59,238 nt of DNA, from the sequence record PQ758388.1, one strand, 5' to 3'. The notes under the pieces were generated by a model, which was not told the DNA's origin, did not search any database, and was given only the letters and a program-made list of their open reading frames with translations. Source of the stretch: Pseudomonas phage 5371. The translations under genes and the position numbers were made by a program. This document shows positions 56,021-59,238 of this stretch, piece after piece. Numbering within the stretch: position 1 is the first letter of the stretch; every line of letters starts with the position of its first letter.

Positions 56021-56460
56021 CCGACCACGCAGAGCTGCGGAGGCTGGCTGAAGAAGTGATCCGAATTGAGCGGAGCGAGGATGAGCCGATCTCCTCTGCT
56101 TGGGAATTATTCGATTCCGCCGCCAACCCCAAAGCCATCCTCGCCCTGCTGGACCAGATAGACGGGCTGAGCGACGAGTTATCCGCATGCACCGAGCATC
56201 CTGGCGGATGTGGGTATTGGCGCGAGGCCGCCAAGCGTAGAGCCGAAGAGCGCGACCGGCTGAGGGCGCAGAACGATGCGCTGCAGGGAGCGCTACATGC
56301 CGTTCAAGCTGAGGTAGACGGGAATCTCCGCCCACTTACCCGCGACCTCGTGAACATGGTCAGCGGCTTGAATAACGGCACTCACCCGAATGACATCTAC
56401 GAACACTGCGACGAGATCGAAAGGATCATCGGAGCAGCCTTGAAAGGAGCAACGCAATGA
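56017..56460 (+). CDS. hypothetical coiled-coil protein
   Basis: ORF only. Confidence 0.35.
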   Translation: MTDHAELRRLAEEVIRIERSEDEPISSAWELFDSAANPKAILALLDQIDGLSDELSACTEHPGGCGYWREAAKRRAEERDRLRAQNDALQGALHAVQAEVDGNLRPLTRDLVNMVSGLNNGTHPNDIYEHCDEIERIIGAALKGATQ

Positions 56461-56816
56461 ACGACCGCACACTACTCGAACTGGCGGCGCGGGCGGCGGG
56501 GATGCAGATCAATGAGCAGCGTCAAGCCGAACGTGATTCCATAGTCGATCCAGCAAAAGCCAGCCTTTGGATTGTCGATGGGTGTACGGCCTGGAACCCA
56601 CTTATCGAAAGCCACCACGCGTTTATTCTGGCGGTGCAGCTTCGCCTGGACATTACGTTCTACAACGGATTTCAGGAGGTGGCCGCCGAGCCATCAAATG
56701 GTGACGGGATGAACCCTTGCCAGGAGGTGTTCACAGAAAACCCGTATGCGGCAACTCGGCGAGCAATAGTCCGCGCCGCCGCCGAGATCGGCAAGTCTAT
56801 GGGAGGTGGGGAGTGA
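56457..56816 (+). CDS. hypothetical protein
   Basis: ORF; ends GGGE* on a repeated 16-nt junction motif. Confidence 0.35.
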   Translation: MNDRTLLELAARAAGMQINEQRQAERDSIVDPAKASLWIVDGCTAWNPLIESHHAFILAVQLRLDITFYNGFQEVAAEPSNGDGMNPCQEVFTENPYAATRRAIVRAAAEIGKSMGGGE

Positions 56817-57049
56817 CGAAAGACAACGGTGGACAAGCGTTTCCCTCGGAATCGATGTACACGTCCGAAGCGGGAATGACCCTGCGCGATTACTTCGCGG
56901 CCAAGGCGATGCAGGCCTTGCTTCATCCGACGTACATAGAGTCAAGCGTAAGCAAGCCCCATAGCAATCCTCTTGCTGACATACCGAGGGTTGCTTATCG
57001 ATACGCCGACGCCATGCTAAAGGCCAGGAAGGCGGGAGGTGGGGAGTGA
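56813..57049 (+). CDS. hypothetical protein with GTG start
   Basis: ORF; also ends GGGE* on the same repeated motif. Confidence 0.3.
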   Translation: MTKDNGGQAFPSESMYTSEAGMTLRDYFAAKAMQALLHPTYIESSVSKPHSNPLADIPRVAYRYADAMLKARKAGGGE

Positions 57050-57243
57050 TGAAACGGGAGGAATTCGAGAAGCGCATGGCCGGCATATTCGACCTGTCCG
57101 CTTACGTGGACAGCCAGGGAGACATCCGATATTCGGACAGCCACACCCAGGCTGCTTGGGATGGATGGCGATGGGCAATGGTGGTTTTCCAGCCAATTGA
57201 AGCAGAACGGTATGGAGAGTTGAATGAGCGACGCACCCATTGA
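57046..57243 (+). CDS. hypothetical small protein
   Basis: ORF only. Confidence 0.3.
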   Translation: MMKREEFEKRMAGIFDLSAYVDSQGDIRYSDSHTQAAWDGWRWAMVVFQPIEAERYGELNERRTH

Positions 57244-57679
57244 ACCCCATGAATACCTCTACGGCGTAAAGGTCGTCCAGATCGAGGATCTTCGAGTTGC
57301 CCGAGGATTGACCAGGCGCCCGGTTTCTTCATGCCGTCACAGGAAAATGGTCTACGACGAAAAGGAGCGCCGCATCTGGTGCAGCGATTGTGAAACGGAG
57401 GTCGAGCCGTTTGATGCCTTCATGCACCTGGTACAGGTATTCGATGGCGGCCTGAAGGACTTGAACAGGCGCCGCCGAGAGTTGCATGAGGCAGAGCAGT
57501 TTGCAATCCGCAGCCGTGCGGCCAAGGTGATCGACGAAGCGTGGCGCAGCACGAAGATGGCTCCGCTTTGCCCACACTGCAATGAGGCGCTTCTCCCGGA
57601 AGACGTTGTAAAGGGAGTTGCCACGGCATCCAAGCAACTGATCATCGCTCGCCGCAACAAGCAGAAACAACTGAAGTAG
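57224..57679 (+). CDS. hypothetical protein with Cys4 motifs
   Basis: CRHRK...CSDCETE...CPHCNE. Confidence 0.35.
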   Translation: MSDAPIEPHEYLYGVKVVQIEDLRVARGLTRRPVSSCRHRKMVYDEKERRIWCSDCETEVEPFDAFMHLVQVFDGGLKDLNRRRRELHEAEQFAIRSRAAKVIDEAWRSTKMAPLCPHCNEALLPEDVVKGVATASKQLIIARRNKQKQLK

Positions 57680-57857
57680 CCCAGCCGAGCCCACTAGGGC
57701 CTCTTCCTGAGGCCCGCCCGGCTGGGCGTTCAAATCCTACCAGAAGGCCTGACCGAGCAGTTAACCCCCATATTGCCCGATGCGGGCGCCCTGCCCGGCC
57801 AAGCCTCCACGAATTCTACCCGCCAACCCGATGCCGTTGATCGGCCAAGGTCTCGCT

Positions 57858-58172
57858 ATGTCTTTGATTTCAGTTGAGGCGGCCGCCGGCATTCTCGGCG
57901 TGAGCCGCAGGACCGCGTACCGCTACGCGGACGAAAAGCTGATCCCGGTGGTCAGGTTCAAAAAGACCATCCGGGTCCACAAGGAAAAGCTCGAACAGAT
58001 GCTTGAAGAGGAAGCCGCTGCTAGCATGCGCGACGCGGTCGGCGTACCGGAGGAAGTATGCCGTACAAGAGAAACGACTCCGCCTACTGGTGGATCTCTT
58101 TCAAATCAGCAACAGGAAAGCTTGTTAGACGCTCTTCTGGAACTGCCGACTACTCGGCGGCGAAAGCACTAG
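57858..58172 (+). CDS. xis: excisionase (AlpA/MerR-like HTH)
   Basis: AAAGILGVSRRTAYRYADEKLIPVVRFKKTIRV; overlaps the int start as in lambda. Confidence 0.5.
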   Translation: MSLISVEAAAGILGVSRRTAYRYADEKLIPVVRFKKTIRVHKEKLEQMLEEEAAASMRDAVGVPEEVCRTRETTPPTGGSLSNQQQESLLDALLELPTTRRRKH

Positions 58173-59167
58173 AGCAACAGGAACGCGCGAAAGCGTGGAA
58201 GGAAAAGGAAATGGGCGTGAATCCGCCCAGGACCTTTGAGGAGGTGATCATTCCGTACCTGCAACACGCTCGCCAGCATCAGCGCAGCTACGAAACGACC
58301 GTGCACCGCATAAAGCCGCTGCGCGAGTATTTTGCCGGACGCGTGGTCAACGATCTAGGGGGCCAGGACATCCGGGGATACGGAGCGCACAGGCTGGATG
58401 CCGGCGCATCCCCGGCAACCATCAACCGAGAACTCGCCGCACTGTCCGCGGCGATAAACCACTGCAACACGGAACTGGAGTGGGCCCTTCCTAACCCAGT
58501 GAAGGGACGGAAGATGCGCGAGGCCGAAGGGCGTGATCGTTGGCTGACTAGGGCAGAGGTAGAGGCTCTGTGCCGAGCGGCGCGCGGGCAGAAGTTTGGC
58601 CCGATGCTGGAGGACTTCATTCGCCTAGCCGTCAACACAGGGTGCCGGAGGGAGGAAATGCTTGGCCTGGAGTGGCGCAGGGTCGATTTCGCAAATCGAC
58701 TGATCTACCTGGAGGCATCCCACACGAAGGCAGGCAAGCGCCGGAGCATCCCGATCAACGAAGGGGCGATGGCAGCACTAAAGCGACGAATGGCATTCAG
58801 GTCCGAGACCAGCCCGGAATGCCCCTGGGTCTTTGCGCGCGCTAACGGTGATCGAGTGGTATCGCTTTCGGCCGGCTTCAAGCAGGCCTGCCAGGCAGCG
58901 AAGATTGCGGACTTTACGATTCACGACCTGCGCCACACCTGCGCGGCATGGCTGGTCAGCGCCGGCGTTCCGCTGGCGGATGTTCGGGATCTGCTCGGAC
59001 ACTCGACAGTCGCGATGACTGAGCGATATGCCCATCTTGCTCCAGCCAGGGTAAGGGATGCTGTAGGGGTTCTTGATCAAGTCCGTGAAAGCCGCATTTC
59101 ACGTTCTGTTCACGCTGATAATCCAGCGCATCTAAATGGAGGGCCGCTGAAGCTCGTAAACACTTGA
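58058..59167 (+). CDS. int: tyrosine site-specific integrase
   Basis: R...HDLRHTCAAWLVSAGVPLADVRDLLGHSTVAMTERYAHL with catalytic Tyr; ends 10 nt from the tRNA 3' end. Confidence 0.85.
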   Translation: MPYKRNDSAYWWISFKSATGKLVRRSSGTADYSAAKALEQQERAKAWKEKEMGVNPPRTFEEVIIPYLQHARQHQRSYETTVHRIKPLREYFAGRVVNDLGGQDIRGYGAHRLDAGASPATINRELAALSAAINHCNTELEWALPNPVKGRKMREAEGRDRWLTRAEVEALCRAARGQKFGPMLEDFIRLAVNTGCRREEMLGLEWRRVDFANRLIYLEASHTKAGKRRSIPINEGAMAALKRRMAFRSETSPECPWVFARANGDRVVSLSAGFKQACQAAKIADFTIHDLRHTCAAWLVSAGVPLADVRDLLGHSTVAMTERYAHLAPARVRDAVGVLDQVRESRISRSVHADNPAHLNGGPLKLVNT

Positions 59168-59232
59168 TTTAGAAGGTGGTGCGGACGGAGAGACTCGAAC
59201 TCTCACGCCTTGCGGCGCTGGAACCTAAATCC
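59152..59232. repeat. 81-bp direct repeat, right copy, next to int
   Basis: Identical to 1-81. Confidence 0.8.
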
Positions 59233-59238
59233 AGTGTG
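59177..59238 (-). tRNA. 3' 62 nt of a tRNA-Leu(UAG)-like gene, class II with long variable arm; 5' part lies beyond the window
   Basis: Anticodon arm CTGGA-TTTAGGT-TCCAG, variable arm CGCCGCAAGGCGT, T-arm GAGAG-TTCGAGT-CTCTC, then ACCA. Confidence 0.6.

Overview
The window is essentially one complete, integrated lambdoid (HK97-like head, lambda-like tail) prophage of about 59.2 kb in a high-GC (~62%) host, most likely a Pseudomonas-type genome. Identical 81-bp direct repeats bound it at 1-81 and 59152-59232. Their reverse strand is the 3' 56 nt of a class-II tRNA-Leu(UAG)-like gene plus 25 nt of downstream sequence. The copy next to the integrase continues as a plausible tRNA that runs off the window end.

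Gene order from the right end leftward:
- int (58058-59167) and xis, then a long plus-strand early-left (pL-like) operon. It carries many small accessory genes, a Lar-like protein, a LytTR protein, a RecT/YqaJ-exonuclease recombination module, a C5 cytosine DNA methyltransferase, a tnpB-only IS200/IS605-family insertion sequence, and a gene with 13 tandem 27-bp repeats.
- An operator site (OL-like, 42104-42138), then a three-gene, AT-richer cassette downstream of cI (40144-41736), the cI repressor, and a tripartite operator region (OR).
- On the minus strand: cro, a CII-like gene, an O-like replisome organiser containing 10-bp iterons, a primase-helicase, a nin-like region (NinG, two HNH proteins, TraR/DksA), and a putative Q-like gene.
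- Two tandem terminators and a phage-encoded tRNA (anticodon UGU, Thr-like), then holin-like membrane proteins, an HNH endonuclease, a cos-like AT-rich region, small and large terminase subunits, portal, ClpP-like prohead protease, and HK97-type major capsid protein.
- Head-tail adaptor genes interrupted by a GT9-like glycosyltransferase, a SAM-dependent methyltransferase and a possible Maf/DUF115-like gene.
- Tail genes: major tail, G/G-T chaperone with a -1 programmed frameshift, two AT-rich morons, tape measure, M, L, K, I, J, a tail fibre, a Bro-N antirepressor, a HIRAN-domain protein, and finally endolysin, Rz and Rz1 next to the left repeat.

The two most interesting candidates for undescribed biology are the cassette downstream of cI at the lambda rexAB-equivalent position (possible defence or exclusion system) and the enzymatic cassette embedded in the head-tail operon (possible virion or host glycan modification). 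All functional calls are from reading the sequence and translations by eye; no database searches were run.
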